Source of the DNA: a virus
Direction: 5' to 3' (one strand)
IMG/VR virus record: IMGVR_UViG_3300025131_011243
Coordinates: 1-64,000 of that record
Length of the DNA: 64,000 nucleotides
A program made the position numbers and the translations under genes. The notes beneath the pieces were generated by a model. That model was not told the DNA's origin and did no database searches. It saw nothing but the letters and a program-made list of their open reading frames with translations. This document shows, piece after piece, positions 1-10,544 of this stretch. Position 1 is the first letter of the stretch. Every line of letters begins with the position of its first letter.

Positions 1-309
1 TCATTCTTCATCCTCCCAATCCCATTTAATATCTATACCATTGGGGAACTTGATTGATGCGATAATCCTTGCCTGAAAATCTGTTCTATGATTAATTCGT
101 TGAAACTCTTTCTTGGCACGTTCCACCAACCCCTCAGGAACCTTGTTGCTCATCTTTACGCCAAGTTCATCGTAGTCTGCCCAATGAGATATAATCTGAA
201 CATGATAAACGCAATCTCCCTTAACCAGATCCTGTTTGGCATGCTTTAAGTCGGCGATAAACTTGTAGGAATCAAAAAGCAAATTGTTCAAACGTCTTTC
301 TGGAGTCAT
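1..309 (-). CDS. hypothetical protein
   Basis: 102 aa ORF, ATGA overlap with upstream gene. Confidence 0.6.
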   Translation of the reverse strand: MTPERRLNNLLFDSYKFIADLKHAKQDLVKGDCVYHVQIISHWADYDELGVKMSNKVPEGLVERAKKEFQRINHRTDFQARIIASIKFPNGIDIKWDWEDEE

Positions 310-791
310 GTAATCGCCCCTATGTTCCTTGGATCCATCTTTTCCCTGATAGCAGATATCTTTTTGAACTCTTCCTCCGGTATAGCATGTCTATAGTATC
401 GAATGTAATACAGAGCAAGACTATTGGTTACCATGCCGTTAGGCAAAATCAAATCACAACAACCACTAGCCTTGCCGCACTTGGTTACATGAAACCCTCT
501 ATACATAGGCCCTTCTCCAGCACAAGATAGTATGTACTTAACCGCATCGGTGATATCGTCATCAACAGGTTCTGTGGAAGGTTCTGAATCTTTGTCTGGT
601 TCGATCTGAAGAAGGTATTGGTCAGATGTATCGTGCATCGTAGGTTCCTCAAAAAATGCGGGCCTTCCACCCGACTCGTCGGTTTGGCGTGTATCTGCCC
701 ACGCAGGTCTTGAGACGTTAGCCGCCTTGGTTGCCTGACGAACTATTGCCTCTTCGGCTTGACCATATAGGGATTCAGCCCAAAGGCTCAT
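306..791 (-). CDS. hypothetical phage protein
   Basis: 161 aa ORF; Cys/His-containing C-terminal half. Confidence 0.6.
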   Translation of the reverse strand: MSLWAESLYGQAEEAIVRQATKAANVSRPAWADTRQTDESGGRPAFFEEPTMHDTSDQYLLQIEPDKDSEPSTEPVDDDITDAVKYILSCAGEGPMYRGFHVTKCGKASGCCDLILPNGMVTNSLALYYIRYYRHAIPEEEFKKISAIREKMDPRNIGAIT

Positions 792-822
792 TGATAAACA
801 TTATAACCGACATACAAACACT

Positions 823-1104
823 TTAATCGTCTTCGACTGGGACTTTACCTTCATGGTATTGAACCTCATTCATCCATATGTCGCAATAATACCGCCTGTT
901 CGGACGGTCTTTGTGACATCTGATTGTAACCCATCGACCGATCAAATCCCTGTTAAAAGGACCATCAGATATGAGCATCTTTTCAACCGAGAAAAACCCG
1001 AAACCCAAGTCTATCTCAAACTTGACTTCATCGTCTCTCTTGCTGTCAATGACAAAAGCCTTATACTCGTATTCAACGGGACCACCTGGATGAACATGAG
1101 GCAT
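823..1104 (-). CDS. thermonuclease-like small protein (degenerate), paralog 1
   Basis: YEYKAFV...IDLGF...RYYCDIW resembles phage SNase-type YEYRAxV..DLGF..GRYLADI. Confidence 0.55.
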   Translation of the reverse strand: MPHVHPGGPVEYEYKAFVIDSKRDDEVKFEIDLGFGFFSVEKMLISDGPFNRDLIGRWVTIRCHKDRPNRRYYCDIWMNEVQYHEGKVPVEDD

Positions 1105-1105
1105 A

Positions 1106-1375
1106 CTAACTCTCCTTCAAACCGTTGTGGTATTGAATAGATCGAATCCAGATATCGGCGAAATAACGACTTTTGTCACTGTGCTTGCGACAACGAATCG
1201 TTACGAATGATCCAATAAGCGCTTTCTTGAATGGCGGGTCAGTAATGTAAATCCATTCGTCCGTAAATAGATTGAAACCCAAGTTGACCTGTAGCTTGAC
1301 CACATTGTCGTGACCGTCTAAGACAAACGCTCGGTATTCATAGGCAACGGGACCACTTGGTTCAGTATCAGACAT
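1106..1375 (-). CDS. thermonuclease-like small protein (degenerate), paralog 2
   Basis: GPVAYEYRAFV...VNLGF...VTIRC...RYFADIW aligns with the adjacent gene. Confidence 0.55.
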   Translation of the reverse strand: MSDTEPSGPVAYEYRAFVLDGHDNVVKLQVNLGFNLFTDEWIYITDPPFKKALIGSFVTIRCRKHSDKSRYFADIWIRSIQYHNGLKES

Positions 1376-1410
1376 ACTAAACTTTTAAGTGAAAACCAAT
1401 AGATTCCTTC

Positions 1411-1599
1411 TCAGTCCAAATTTTCGGCAGATATGACCTTGATGCCAAAGCCTTCTATTAAAGCACAATCAGTATCCTCAGGGTCATCAGCACAGTCTTG
1501 ACCAATCTCGATAAGCTCATCAATCAAATCCATGACATTCTTCTCACTTAAATCGTCTTCAGTACTTACTTCCAATACAACCTTGTAGCGGTCTAACAT
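1411..1599 (-). CDS. small acidic hypothetical protein
   Basis: Likely start MLDRYKV preceded by AGGAGAG. Confidence 0.55.
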   Translation of the reverse strand: MLDRYKVVLEVSTEDDLSEKNVMDLIDELIEIGQDCADDPEDTDCALIEGFGIKVISAENLD

Positions 1600-1913
1600 A
1601 ACTTCTCTCCTATTGCTTGTACCAAACCAGTGCGTCAGCCTTACCCAACAGAACCATACACGCACCTTTGATGTTCAACCAAATGCCATACGGTCCATAA
1701 AAAGGCAAAGGACGAGCAGCAACCCATTTGCCACCAATCTCCGCTTGAGTATCATTCATGTGCGATTTGATGCTGTCTGCGTTGTAGATCATGCCCTTCT
1801 CCTGTAAATCGATACATTTTACCTTACGTATATCCACTAAATTAGAACAGGAATCGAAATCAATAAGTCGTAAATTGATATCGAGATACGTATAATTGCT
1901 GTGAATATCAATA

Positions 1914-2480
1914 ATGGCTCGTAAAAAGACTGCAATCAGGCCCGTAAGCACCTCCAATAACTTGGACGGTCCATCTCAGCTTATCGTACAGCTTATCCAA
2001 GATAAATACGACCGACTTGTCGAAGACCTGCATGACGAAGTTGAAGAGAATAAGGGCAATATCGAGAAAACTAAAGAAATGATCGAACAACGCTGCAAGG
2101 AAGCTAAACAAGATGCCCTCGCACAAGTCGATACTTTCTTCAAAATGAATGATAAACGAATAGATGCTATCGATGATGCCCTCAGAGGAAGCGAAGACCG
2201 AATGGGTATGTTCGAAATGATTAGACGACATCAGGTGTATGTTAGAGTCATGGGCGCTGCAATCATCCTACTACTAGGCTTTCGTATCTGGGGATTGGGC
2301 CTGAATGATATTATCAAGCCCATTATTAAGAAAATAGGCCCTGCCGAAACTGAGCAAATAGAAGGAAATCAACAAGAAACCACGAAAGAAGATAAAGAAA
2401 CACTCGAAACTCTAGAGCCTCCGATTATGCCTAAACCCAGACCATCAACCCATAGATCAAGAAGAGGATTTAGTCTATGA
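1914..2480 (+). CDS. coiled-coil protein with one transmembrane segment
   Basis: Heptad-rich N-terminus, VMGAAIILLLGFRIWGLGL hydrophobic stretch. Confidence 0.6.
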   Translation: MARKKTAIRPVSTSNNLDGPSQLIVQLIQDKYDRLVEDLHDEVEENKGNIEKTKEMIEQRCKEAKQDALAQVDTFFKMNDKRIDAIDDALRGSEDRMGMFEMIRRHQVYVRVMGAAIILLLGFRIWGLGLNDIIKPIIKKIGPAETEQIEGNQQETTKEDKETLETLEPPIMPKPRPSTHRSRRGFSL

Positions 2481-3472
2481 GCATCCAAGCAGTAACCGAT
2501 AAACGGGGAAGTTTCCGACAAGGCGAACTGTCCTCTATCTTTATCAGAATCACTGACTTCGACGGTAACCCTGTCGATCCAGAAGCGATCTCCGTATCCA
2601 TCGATGACGAAGATGGATTGGAAGCTATTGCTGCATCTACTCCCGAAAAAGTAGTAGATGGATTCTACATCCTCGACTGGACCGTAGACACCGACCAAGC
2701 AGCAGGAAAATACATAGCAACATGGGAGTATACGGTAGACGCCACCGACTATACCGAACTGCAAAACATTATCATCGCCGCCGATGGAGATGATACATCC
2801 CTGTATTCAGGTCGTATCGTTGACTTCCGAATGGCTCTCGAAGATCATTTGGGAGAAGTTCAGAGAATCCCTGTCGTTGACGAAGAAGGACGACCCAATA
2901 ATACCAAAACAGAATTTGCCTTCTCATTCAAACGCTGGAGCCCCATGGGCGGTGTACAGGTTTATCGCAACCAAGAACTGGTCACAAGCGGTATCGAAGT
3001 TGATTACAACAATGGCAAAGTCGTCTTCGATTCCCCACTACTCAGACAAGAAGCTGTCAATGCTTACTACCGGTTCAAGTGGTTTAGCGATAAAGAACTA
3101 GACAGATTCCTCAGCAATGGACTTCACGCTATCAACGCAGTGCCTCCGGCGACTGGCTACAGTATCGCAACTTTGCCAGAGGCTCAGATCCCAACGCTTC
3201 TCTACGGAGCAACCAAGGATGCCTTGCGCCGTCTGATGATTGACTTGCAATACCAGGTTCCTCAACAAGTCTATGGCAGCCCAGAAGATGCTCAGCGAGC
3301 CTTCTCTAACTTTGAGACGCTGAAGCAGAACTACGAAAAGGACTGGGAATTCCTGCTTGAGAAGAAGAAATTCGGAACATGGCCACGTATTAGAATAGTG
3401 GCGGTGCCAGAATATACCCTCCCGGGTGGCAGATCAAGGTGGTTCAGATATTTATTTAAAGGTTCATCATAG
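2477..3472 (+). CDS. putative virion neck/head-tail structural protein with N-terminal beta-sandwich
   Basis: 331 aa, ATGA-coupled; beta-rich N-terminus (DFDGNPVDP, GKYIATWEY), helical C-terminus (FSDKELDRFL). Confidence 0.5.
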   Translation: MSIQAVTDKRGSFRQGELSSIFIRITDFDGNPVDPEAISVSIDDEDGLEAIAASTPEKVVDGFYILDWTVDTDQAAGKYIATWEYTVDATDYTELQNIIIAADGDDTSLYSGRIVDFRMALEDHLGEVQRIPVVDEEGRPNNTKTEFAFSFKRWSPMGGVQVYRNQELVTSGIEVDYNNGKVVFDSPLLRQEAVNAYYRFKWFSDKELDRFLSNGLHAINAVPPATGYSIATLPEAQIPTLLYGATKDALRRLMIDLQYQVPQQVYGSPEDAQRAFSNFETLKQNYEKDWEFLLEKKKFGTWPRIRIVAVPEYTLPGGRSRWFRYLFKGSS

Positions 3473-3584
3473 ACTTATATCAATTTCGTACCTTCATTTC
3501 TGTTGGTTTGCGAAAAAAGATTAAACTCTGGTAAACATATAGCCGATATGTATAGTAGGACCTACATACTATCGGAGAACTGTT

Positions 3585-5705
3585 ATACCACGCAAAGGAC
3601 AAAAACAAACAGAAGAAGCCAAAGCCAAACAAAGAGAAGCTCAATACAAGAACATGGTTTCATTAATAGACTGGAATCGTGGAGACGGTTTGTGGGATAT
3701 TCAAATCAAAAATGGTTCCAGAAATCGACAAAAAAACCACATCACTCTCAGAGAATTTCATAAATACATCGAAGAAGACAAGATGCTAATCAAGGAGATA
3801 GCCAGGTCTGGTCTAACTTCAAAACATCTATTACAGTTTATGAGCAACTTCTTTCAAGGCAAAATATCCCTAACCAAAGATGAATTTGTTCAAACATACA
3901 AAAAGGGAATATCTCTTGAAGATATTGCTAAGAAGCACAACATAACACGTAATGATATTACATTTTTACGGCAATTATATAATGTAAAGGCTACTGGTGC
4001 TACATACCAAAACCGAAAACAGACAGAAGAGCCTCTTACAGATAGACAAAAACATATTTTATATGGATCTATGATGGGAGATGCTGGCATGATATCTCCC
4101 TCTTCAGCAAAATTCAAACATGGAATCAAACAGAAAGATTATCTACTTTGGAAGCATAAAGAGTTCTCCAATTTAGCTACTGAACAATCGCTTAAGGGAG
4201 AAACAACGTTAGATAAAAGAAGTGGCAACTGGAATGAGACATGGAGATTTTACACACATGCCAATAGCGACGTAGAAGAATGTATAACAGAATTCTATAA
4301 GCATGAAACTAAAGAAATTAGTCCATTAATACTAGACAATCTTAATGAACTATCTATGGCAGTTTGGTACATGGATGATGGCAAAACAGACTGGTCATAT
4401 TCTAAGATGGAAAAAACCGACTGGGACATTACTCCCGAATGTTCCCTATGCACAGACTGGTTCTCCAAGAAAAGCTGCAATCTTATCGTCGATTGGCTTA
4501 ATACCAGATGGGGAATCAAAAGCCATCTGAGACAAAGAAAAGTGAGTGACCCAAACAAGGGCTACAGAGTTATTATAGATTCTGACTGTGCATATCAATT
4601 TCTAAATTTAATCAAATCTCATATGTTGCCCATGTTTGCGTACAAATATGACTTTACTACCTATCTAAAGAAACGTGGTGTTGATCAAGTGAAAATATCT
4701 TATACAGAGCTTATTAGGTCTCCCAAAGGGGATGACTTTCAATCCCTTATTCCAGAAGATCAAGACCACTTCATCCATGGATTTATGAAGTATATACGCA
4801 AAAAAGGATTCCGCTCTGTTTTTGGCACCCCAGAGTCTCATATAAAGGCCATGCAAAAGATATTGGATTATGATTCTGGTAAACTGATGCATGACTCGGA
4901 AATTGGATTCAATTCTTTGGGCAATCGTTTTGTAATTTCTCATTTCCCGAATTTTTGGACATCAAAAGCAAAGGCTTCTATGTCTATTAAGGAAACAGTT
5001 GACAACGACAGATATCTATATGAAATCGTCAGGTCAATTTTGATTGATGGGTATACGCCCAAAGGATCCAGATTATGGCAGAAACTAAATCGATATCGTG
5101 GTAACAAATCGATCAGCAGCTTCATGCCATGCGTAGCTAAGGCTATTTACGACAAGTATTGTCCTAAAAAGGCCAAAGTACTCGATCCATGTTCCGGATA
5201 TGGCGGCAGGGTAACTGGAGCGGCAGCTTCAGATAAAGTATTATCTTATACTGGATGTGAAGTAAACATAAACACTTGGAAAGGTTTGAGAGATCTTACC
5301 GAAACGCTAAGAGAATATGGGGACATTACCAAATCCATGCCAATTTACAATCAAGATGCCATTCAATGCATGCAGCAATTCCGTGAAGATGCTTTTGATT
5401 TCATTTTTACATCACCGCCGTATTTTGATGCTGAAGAATACGATGAAAATCAATCGCAAAGCTGTTGGAAATATGCTCATTATACTGATTGGTTCGACGA
5501 ATTTCTACTCCAAGGTGTCAAAGATATGGTTAGAATATCTAAATTAGCAATCGTCAATGTAGCCAACACAGGAGGCTACAAGATAGCGGATGATCTTCGG
5601 AAAGAAGTATCAAAAGAAGGACTGTTGAAGGAAGAATTTCGTTTGAGAATACCCCAATTTGGAGGCAAGTTCAGATATGAACCATTATTCGTATTGTCTA
5701 AGTAG
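3585..5705 (+). CDS. LAGLIDADG endonuclease fused to an amino-DNA methyltransferase
   Basis: LYGSMMGDAG and AVWYMDDG (LAGLIDADG); VLDPCSGYGG (motif I) and FTSPPY (motif IV). Frame is open back to ATA at 3585 behind GGAGA; first ATG is 3654. Confidence 0.85.
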   Translation: MPRKGQKQTEEAKAKQREAQYKNMVSLIDWNRGDGLWDIQIKNGSRNRQKNHITLREFHKYIEEDKMLIKEIARSGLTSKHLLQFMSNFFQGKISLTKDEFVQTYKKGISLEDIAKKHNITRNDITFLRQLYNVKATGATYQNRKQTEEPLTDRQKHILYGSMMGDAGMISPSSAKFKHGIKQKDYLLWKHKEFSNLATEQSLKGETTLDKRSGNWNETWRFYTHANSDVEECITEFYKHETKEISPLILDNLNELSMAVWYMDDGKTDWSYSKMEKTDWDITPECSLCTDWFSKKSCNLIVDWLNTRWGIKSHLRQRKVSDPNKGYRVIIDSDCAYQFLNLIKSHMLPMFAYKYDFTTYLKKRGVDQVKISYTELIRSPKGDDFQSLIPEDQDHFIHGFMKYIRKKGFRSVFGTPESHIKAMQKILDYDSGKLMHDSEIGFNSLGNRFVISHFPNFWTSKAKASMSIKETVDNDRYLYEIVRSILIDGYTPKGSRLWQKLNRYRGNKSISSFMPCVAKAIYDKYCPKKAKVLDPCSGYGGRVTGAAASDKVLSYTGCEVNINTWKGLRDLTETLREYGDITKSMPIYNQDAIQCMQQFREDAFDFIFTSPPYFDAEEYDENQSQSCWKYAHYTDWFDEFLLQGVKDMVRISKLAIVNVANTGGYKIADDLRKEVSKEGLLKEEFRLRIPQFGGKFRYEPLFVLSK

Positions 5706-5947
5706 ACTGATCCGTCCGCACATAATACAAGCATGCTGTACAAAGTAGATCCAAAGGGAAGAATATGACTAATCTTATCGTCAAATATTCTACTCGCATG
5801 ACGCCATACGTACGTTGGCAGTTCAGGCCGATGTGGACAAGTATATGTCGGTCCCTGGATTTTGAATTAAGGGACAGGATACTAGGATTCCGCCCAACAG
5901 CAACACTAGCGACTCACCCCACAGCTATAGGTCTTATCATGTACCAA

Positions 5948-6016
5948 GATATAGATCAAGATGTTCAAGGAATCAGGATGTCGATATAGATCAAGATGTT
6001 CAAGGAATCAGGATGT
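5948..6016 (+). repeat. perfect 34-bp direct repeat x2
   Basis: GATATAGATCAAGATGTTCAAGGAATCAGGATGT at 5948-5981 and 5983-6016. Confidence 0.9.
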
Positions 6017-6680
6017 GAGTTATTTATACAAAAGAGGTGATACTGTTTTTCATTACGACGAAGAATGTAATCGAATAAGAACGCTTACGATAAGGCATCA
6101 GATGAGCGGGTGGGATGAGGATGACTGGGAATATTACAATTGCACTGGCGTAGATTACGAAGATGGAGATGGAGATGACATTTGGGAAGTATCTCAACGA
6201 GACATCTTCCCAACTCACGAAGAGGCCCAACAAAGACATTTAACGGTATCCGATAGAAAGGTATCAAACTCAATGGACGACACAAGTAAGTTAAAGGCAG
6301 AGAACAAGCTTCTAAGAACTCAGTTGGGCATAAGCCATCACATACCTATTGACATTGATTTTTCAGACATAACCATAGAAGCAGAAAGTACTCTAAGCGA
6401 CTGTTGGAAATGGATTACAACAGCCAGGAAACGCAATGCTCCTCACCGCAAACGAAACATTAGCATGGGCGATGTTGATAGTATTCATCTTGTCGCCAGA
6501 GCGGCAGAAGAATTGGGAGAAGTCTCTCAAGCTATCACAAGGGACGGTAACCAGCAAGAAGAACTTGCCGACCTATTCGCTGTCTTGATGCAACTATGTT
6601 TGGAGGAAGGATTCAAGGAGGATGACATAGCTTCCAGAATGCTGACTAAGCTGAAAGACATTTTCGGGGAGAACGAATAA
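6015..6680 (+). CDS. protein with C-terminal MazG-like NTP pyrophosphohydrolase domain
   Basis: AAEELGEVSQAI...EELADLFAVL; probable GTG start at 6015. Confidence 0.7.
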   Translation: MSYLYKRGDTVFHYDEECNRIRTLTIRHQMSGWDEDDWEYYNCTGVDYEDGDGDDIWEVSQRDIFPTHEEAQQRHLTVSDRKVSNSMDDTSKLKAENKLLRTQLGISHHIPIDIDFSDITIEAESTLSDCWKWITTARKRNAPHRKRNISMGDVDSIHLVARAAEELGEVSQAITRDGNQQEELADLFAVLMQLCLEEGFKEDDIASRMLTKLKDIFGENE

Positions 6681-7493
6681 CTACTTGATTGACTTGATGT
6701 TGGTTGAGACTAGTGAAGTATATACATCATTTGGTTTAGTAGATCTTTTTTCTAGCCGCCGTTTTTCAATTTCTAATGCCATCAATCCTGCAACATAAGC
6801 TGATGCTACGCTAGATCCAGATACCGTTGTATACATACCTTCCAGATAAGTCGAATAGCAAGGTTGTGACGGTACAGCCAGTTGGATTCTATTGTTGATA
6901 ATGTCTTTTCTATGTCGTTTCCTACCTTCTGGAAGCGAGCAGACAGAAAGTACCTCATCATATCTTGCGGGGAAGTCAGGCTCGTCTGTGGCCTTCTTCA
7001 TATGATTACCTGCCGCAGCGACCAAGCAGATCCCGGATTTGTAAGCTTTGATTACAGCGTCATGCAGGAGGTTATACTCAGCCGTTGTTCCCAAAGCAAC
7101 AAGAATGATATCGACCTGTTTGACAGTTGCCCAGAGGATAGATCCAACCAATGAATTAAAACTACATTCCCCCTTTGCGTCCATGGCTTTCGCATGGCAC
7201 AGGGAGGCATCAGGAGCAACGCCTCTAACTGAAGCGGCTTGTTTACCTCCGATGATTCCAGCGATAGAGGTGGCATGTCCTTGTTGATCCTGAACGCCCG
7301 ACATATCTTCAGAGAAATCGGCAACATCTTCTGGTTTCTTGAGATCGGGATGAGATGGTGCTCCTGAATCTACGATGGCGATAGAAACACCTTTGCCAGT
7401 AAGCCTACCGCTATATCCATAGGTTGAGGACATGTAGATGACAGGTTTTTCAAGTTTGGTCAATACGGTACGTTTAGTAGGTTTTGAACTCAT
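6681..7493 (-). CDS. subtilisin-like S8 serine peptidase
   Basis: IAIVDSG, GHATSIAGII, AAAGN, SGSSVASAYVAG triad motifs. Confidence 0.9.
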   Translation of the reverse strand: MSSKPTKRTVLTKLEKPVIYMSSTYGYSGRLTGKGVSIAIVDSGAPSHPDLKKPEDVADFSEDMSGVQDQQGHATSIAGIIGGKQAASVRGVAPDASLCHAKAMDAKGECSFNSLVGSILWATVKQVDIILVALGTTAEYNLLHDAVIKAYKSGICLVAAAGNHMKKATDEPDFPARYDEVLSVCSLPEGRKRHRKDIINNRIQLAVPSQPCYSTYLEGMYTTVSGSSVASAYVAGLMALEIEKRRLEKRSTKPNDVYTSLVSTNIKSIK

Positions 7494-7496
7494 CGA

Positions 7497-8207
7497 TTAC
7501 CTTAAAATATCAGCGGGTACTTGATAAACGCACCCATTCCCAAAGAATTCCAACCTCAAGTTAAGAGGCAATGTTTCAAGAAAATACACATATTTTCTCA
7601 AGTAGACCGCCAAAGTCATGGTCAAATGATCATCCGTAATGATGGATGCCGACTTGTTAATGTCATTCATTCGACGATAGATATTCTTCTTCGACGGTAT
7701 GAAGTAAGGAGTTAATCTTTCGAATTCCACTTTATCGGTTACGAATCTTCTCAAGTTGGCGTTGGCAATTCCGATGCCGACTCTAGATCTTCGTGATTTT
7801 GATTTTGGATAGTATTGAATATCAGGACCTTGGCCCTTCCACTTGACTCCTGCCAAGTTGAAGTAGACCTGATACAGACTCATCGCAGATGGTTTGTTGC
7901 CTCTGAGTATATCCCAATACCGGCTAAAGCTTCCCATGTTACGATATGGTCCTTCAGGATTCTGTTCATCTCCTTCATCTGGCACGAATAGAGGGATCAT
8001 CTTCTCATAATCCCCTTGCCCCGTAAGCTCAACAAACTCTTCTGGCGTTAGGATTTTGGACACATTGCTATGTTTGAAGATTTGTTTATGATCTGGATCG
8101 GACACGACCCACGTTAAATCGGCCTCTTTACAGAGGGCTTTGTTCAACGAGGAAGCGATAATGCATTCGCTCGATGTTCCACGATGCATGATTAGATACT
8201 GTTTCAT
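7497..8207 (-). CDS. possible glycosyltransferase-like (GT-B, GT9-like) protein
   Basis: LTWVV N-lobe; IITDDHLTMTLAVYL resembles the GT9 (V/I)TNDSGPMHLAAAL motif. Confidence 0.4.
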   Translation of the reverse strand: MKQYLIMHRGTSSECIIASSLNKALCKEADLTWVVSDPDHKQIFKHSNVSKILTPEEFVELTGQGDYEKMIPLFVPDEGDEQNPEGPYRNMGSFSRYWDILRGNKPSAMSLYQVYFNLAGVKWKGQGPDIQYYPKSKSRRSRVGIGIANANLRRFVTDKVEFERLTPYFIPSKKNIYRRMNDINKSASIITDDHLTMTLAVYLRKYVYFLETLPLNLRLEFFGNGCVYQVPADILR

Positions 8208-8809
8208 CTTAGTTCGCTGGTAAAGTCAATAACTTCAACATCAGTCCCTCCAGAGAACATTCGATCTGCCATGTCTTGGGCATTTATTTCTCCGCCCTGT
8301 TTCTGAGCCTTGCGTTCCTGAATCTTTTGAGCAATAGTCTTCTTCTTATCTTCCTGATCCTTGTTGTGTCTCTTGATAATTCTCTTCTTCACTGGCTCGG
8401 CAACGATTTCCAAGATTCCGTTATCGAGCAAAGTTTGCACTTCATCCGATTCCAAAACGCCTGGTCTTACTCTTGATAACTGGATGCAATCTGCTTCGTT
8501 TTTGAATTTAAGTCCAACGTCTGTGATTTGTAATGGACCTTTTCGAGTAGAACGAATGTACATTTTATTGGGGTCGCCGCCTTCGTTGACAACAGCGGTT
8601 GCTAAGTCAGCGCCAGCTATGAGTTCTAGAACATCTCTTGGGGAAGCTTCCATAGCAGCGGTTACGTAGTATAGTTTTTCACGAACGGAGAGGGCATCCC
8701 TTATGTCATTAAGGTTATTGAACGGATAGCTTTCTACCCCTTCATTCCCATACAGGATGACGACTTCGTTTTCCGAATCAACAAAAACAATCATGTTATT
8801 GTTCTCCAA
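8204..8809 (-). CDS. hypothetical protein
   Basis: 201 aa ORF within the operon. Confidence 0.65.
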   Translation of the reverse strand: MENNNMIVFVDSENEVVILYGNEGVESYPFNNLNDIRDALSVREKLYYVTAAMEASPRDVLELIAGADLATAVVNEGGDPNKMYIRSTRKGPLQITDVGLKFKNEADCIQLSRVRPGVLESDEVQTLLDNGILEIVAEPVKKRIIKRHNKDQEDKKKTIAQKIQERKAQKQGGEINAQDMADRMFSGGTDVEVIDFTSELR

Positions 8810-10191
8810 ATTTGTTCAAGCCGTTCTTTAGCCCTTGTTGCTACGGTACGGATACTGTAGTTCTTGACTAGGAACTGCTGTAGCTTTTTGTTCCTTACTT
8901 TATAATCGTCATAATTGTCATATACACTCCTCATCAGAGCAGCAGCTTCATCAATTGTTTTATCCGCTGTCAAAGCCGGAAACTCCTGATCGTCCCAATA
9001 ATGGACATGCATTTGCCCAGGCTGCATTTTTACGAACTTATCAGGTTCCAGTAGAGCAGAATTATGAGATTTAAGGAACATTGTGTGTCCGGAAAAATTC
9101 GTAGCGATGACGGGCAAGCCGCATAGAGAAGATTCGGCATAAGGGAGTCCGTACCCTTCGCCTCTTGTGAAAAGAACGAAAGCATCGCAAGCTCTATACA
9201 AATTGGGCATCTGGAATTCAGGTATGATCCTAGAACATCTGACAATATGGGCGGGGTTATCTCCCCCATACTTCTTAACATGAGTTTCTACGTCTTTTTG
9301 AATGACATCGCTTCGTTTAGGATTGTTCTGGAACCTACTTACCAGCAACAGAGAGACATCATCATCTCCGTTGAAAGCCTTTAAGAAAGCCTTGAGCAGG
9401 ACATCATAGCCTTTGCGGTACGACCATCCGAACACGCTTACGAATACGAATTTCTTTAGAGAGGGTCGAAAGACATAGGATTCCCCTTCTTCTTGGTACG
9501 TTTTCGTATTGATGGAATCCGGCATCACATAGATTGGTCGTTCAACGCCATGGTTTGCCAATACTTCGCCGCAAAAATTTGAAGTAACCCAAATCTCGTT
9601 ATACTGATTGGCTACCTCCACGAATTGATCAGGGATAGTTTTTGACTCTACTGTTGTATAGAGGATCTTATATTTACCTTGACTGATATTGCTGAATGAC
9701 GGGATAATACTATCGATGTAGATTGCATTGCGACTTGCTGGTCGTTGTAAAGCTGACAGGACTCTATATTCCATCTCATTGAGTGTATTGCCTGATCCTT
9801 GGATGGGGTCGATCTTAACATTGACGCCAAGAGCATTCAGTCCATGAACAAGATTTCGGTTGACCTTGGCATATCCTCCAGCCTCGAACAGGTGTCCTTT
9901 AAGTTTGACTTCAAGTTGAGGTGAATCTTTGTCTACGACTTGTTCGGGCTCATCGGCTAATTCTTGAGCCATCTTTTCTCCTTCCTTTTGAAGTTTCATG
10001 ACTGTTCGTTCTATATGAGTATTCCCGGCTTCCGTGACTTCAAAACGACCTCTCAAAACAAATTGACGAAACGACCTGGACTTCTTGATATCATCCAAGT
10101 CTATGTTTTGTGGCGTTGAGTCTTGGAATGGGATATGCCTATCGATATCTTCGAGATAGACAGTATTCTGACAATGGTTAATGAACTTCAT
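8791..10191 (-). CDS. GT4 family glycosyltransferase with N-terminal extension
   Basis: RKGYDVLLKAF, TRGEGYGLPYAE, PVIATNFSG. Confidence 0.9.
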   Translation of the reverse strand: MKFINHCQNTVYLEDIDRHIPFQDSTPQNIDLDDIKKSRSFRQFVLRGRFEVTEAGNTHIERTVMKLQKEGEKMAQELADEPEQVVDKDSPQLEVKLKGHLFEAGGYAKVNRNLVHGLNALGVNVKIDPIQGSGNTLNEMEYRVLSALQRPASRNAIYIDSIIPSFSNISQGKYKILYTTVESKTIPDQFVEVANQYNEIWVTSNFCGEVLANHGVERPIYVMPDSINTKTYQEEGESYVFRPSLKKFVFVSVFGWSYRKGYDVLLKAFLKAFNGDDDVSLLLVSRFQNNPKRSDVIQKDVETHVKKYGGDNPAHIVRCSRIIPEFQMPNLYRACDAFVLFTRGEGYGLPYAESSLCGLPVIATNFSGHTMFLKSHNSALLEPDKFVKMQPGQMHVHYWDDQEFPALTADKTIDEAAALMRSVYDNYDDYKVRNKKLQQFLVKNYSIRTVATRAKERLEQIWRTIT

Positions 10192-10229
10192 GACGACATC
10201 CGGGGAGTTATCTACTTGCTATATCGTCA

Positions 10230-10379
10230 TTAGTCGTCATTTTGCTCCGGCGAAAACAAAGCGCAAACGAACGTCTTGGAGAATGTGAAGAAATCAAAGA
10301 TCTGACTTTGATATTCTCTAAACATATAGCCACATGCAACAAGAAAAACAACGACAAGAAAATCATATCCAATAACCAT
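10230..10379 (-). CDS. small membrane protein (49 aa, below the ORF-track cutoff)
   Basis: MVIGYDFLVVVFLVACGYMFREYQ..., preceded by GAGGG. Confidence 0.5.
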   Translation of the reverse strand: MVIGYDFLVVVFLVACGYMFREYQSQIFDFFTFSKTFVCALFSPEQNDD

Positions 10380-10422
10380 GCTTCCCTCTCTTTCTAGCTA
10401 CATTATCGACAATACCAAGCGC

Positions 10423-10452
10423 AAAAAAATACCCCTCCGTGTCGAGGGGTAT
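10423..10452 (-). terminator. intrinsic terminator
   Basis: ATACCCCTC/GAGGGGTAT stem followed by a T-run on the minus strand. Confidence 0.75.
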
Positions 10453-10544
10453 CAAAGCGGTAATCCCAATTGGATCCGGTAGGGAAACTCGCTTCGCTTT
10501 TATACTATTAATTTCCAACGGACACTGGATTGTCCTTCTTAAAT

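Noticed and set aside
5948-6016. CRISPR array
   Set aside because: Only two copies separated by 1 nt; no spacer and no cas genes.
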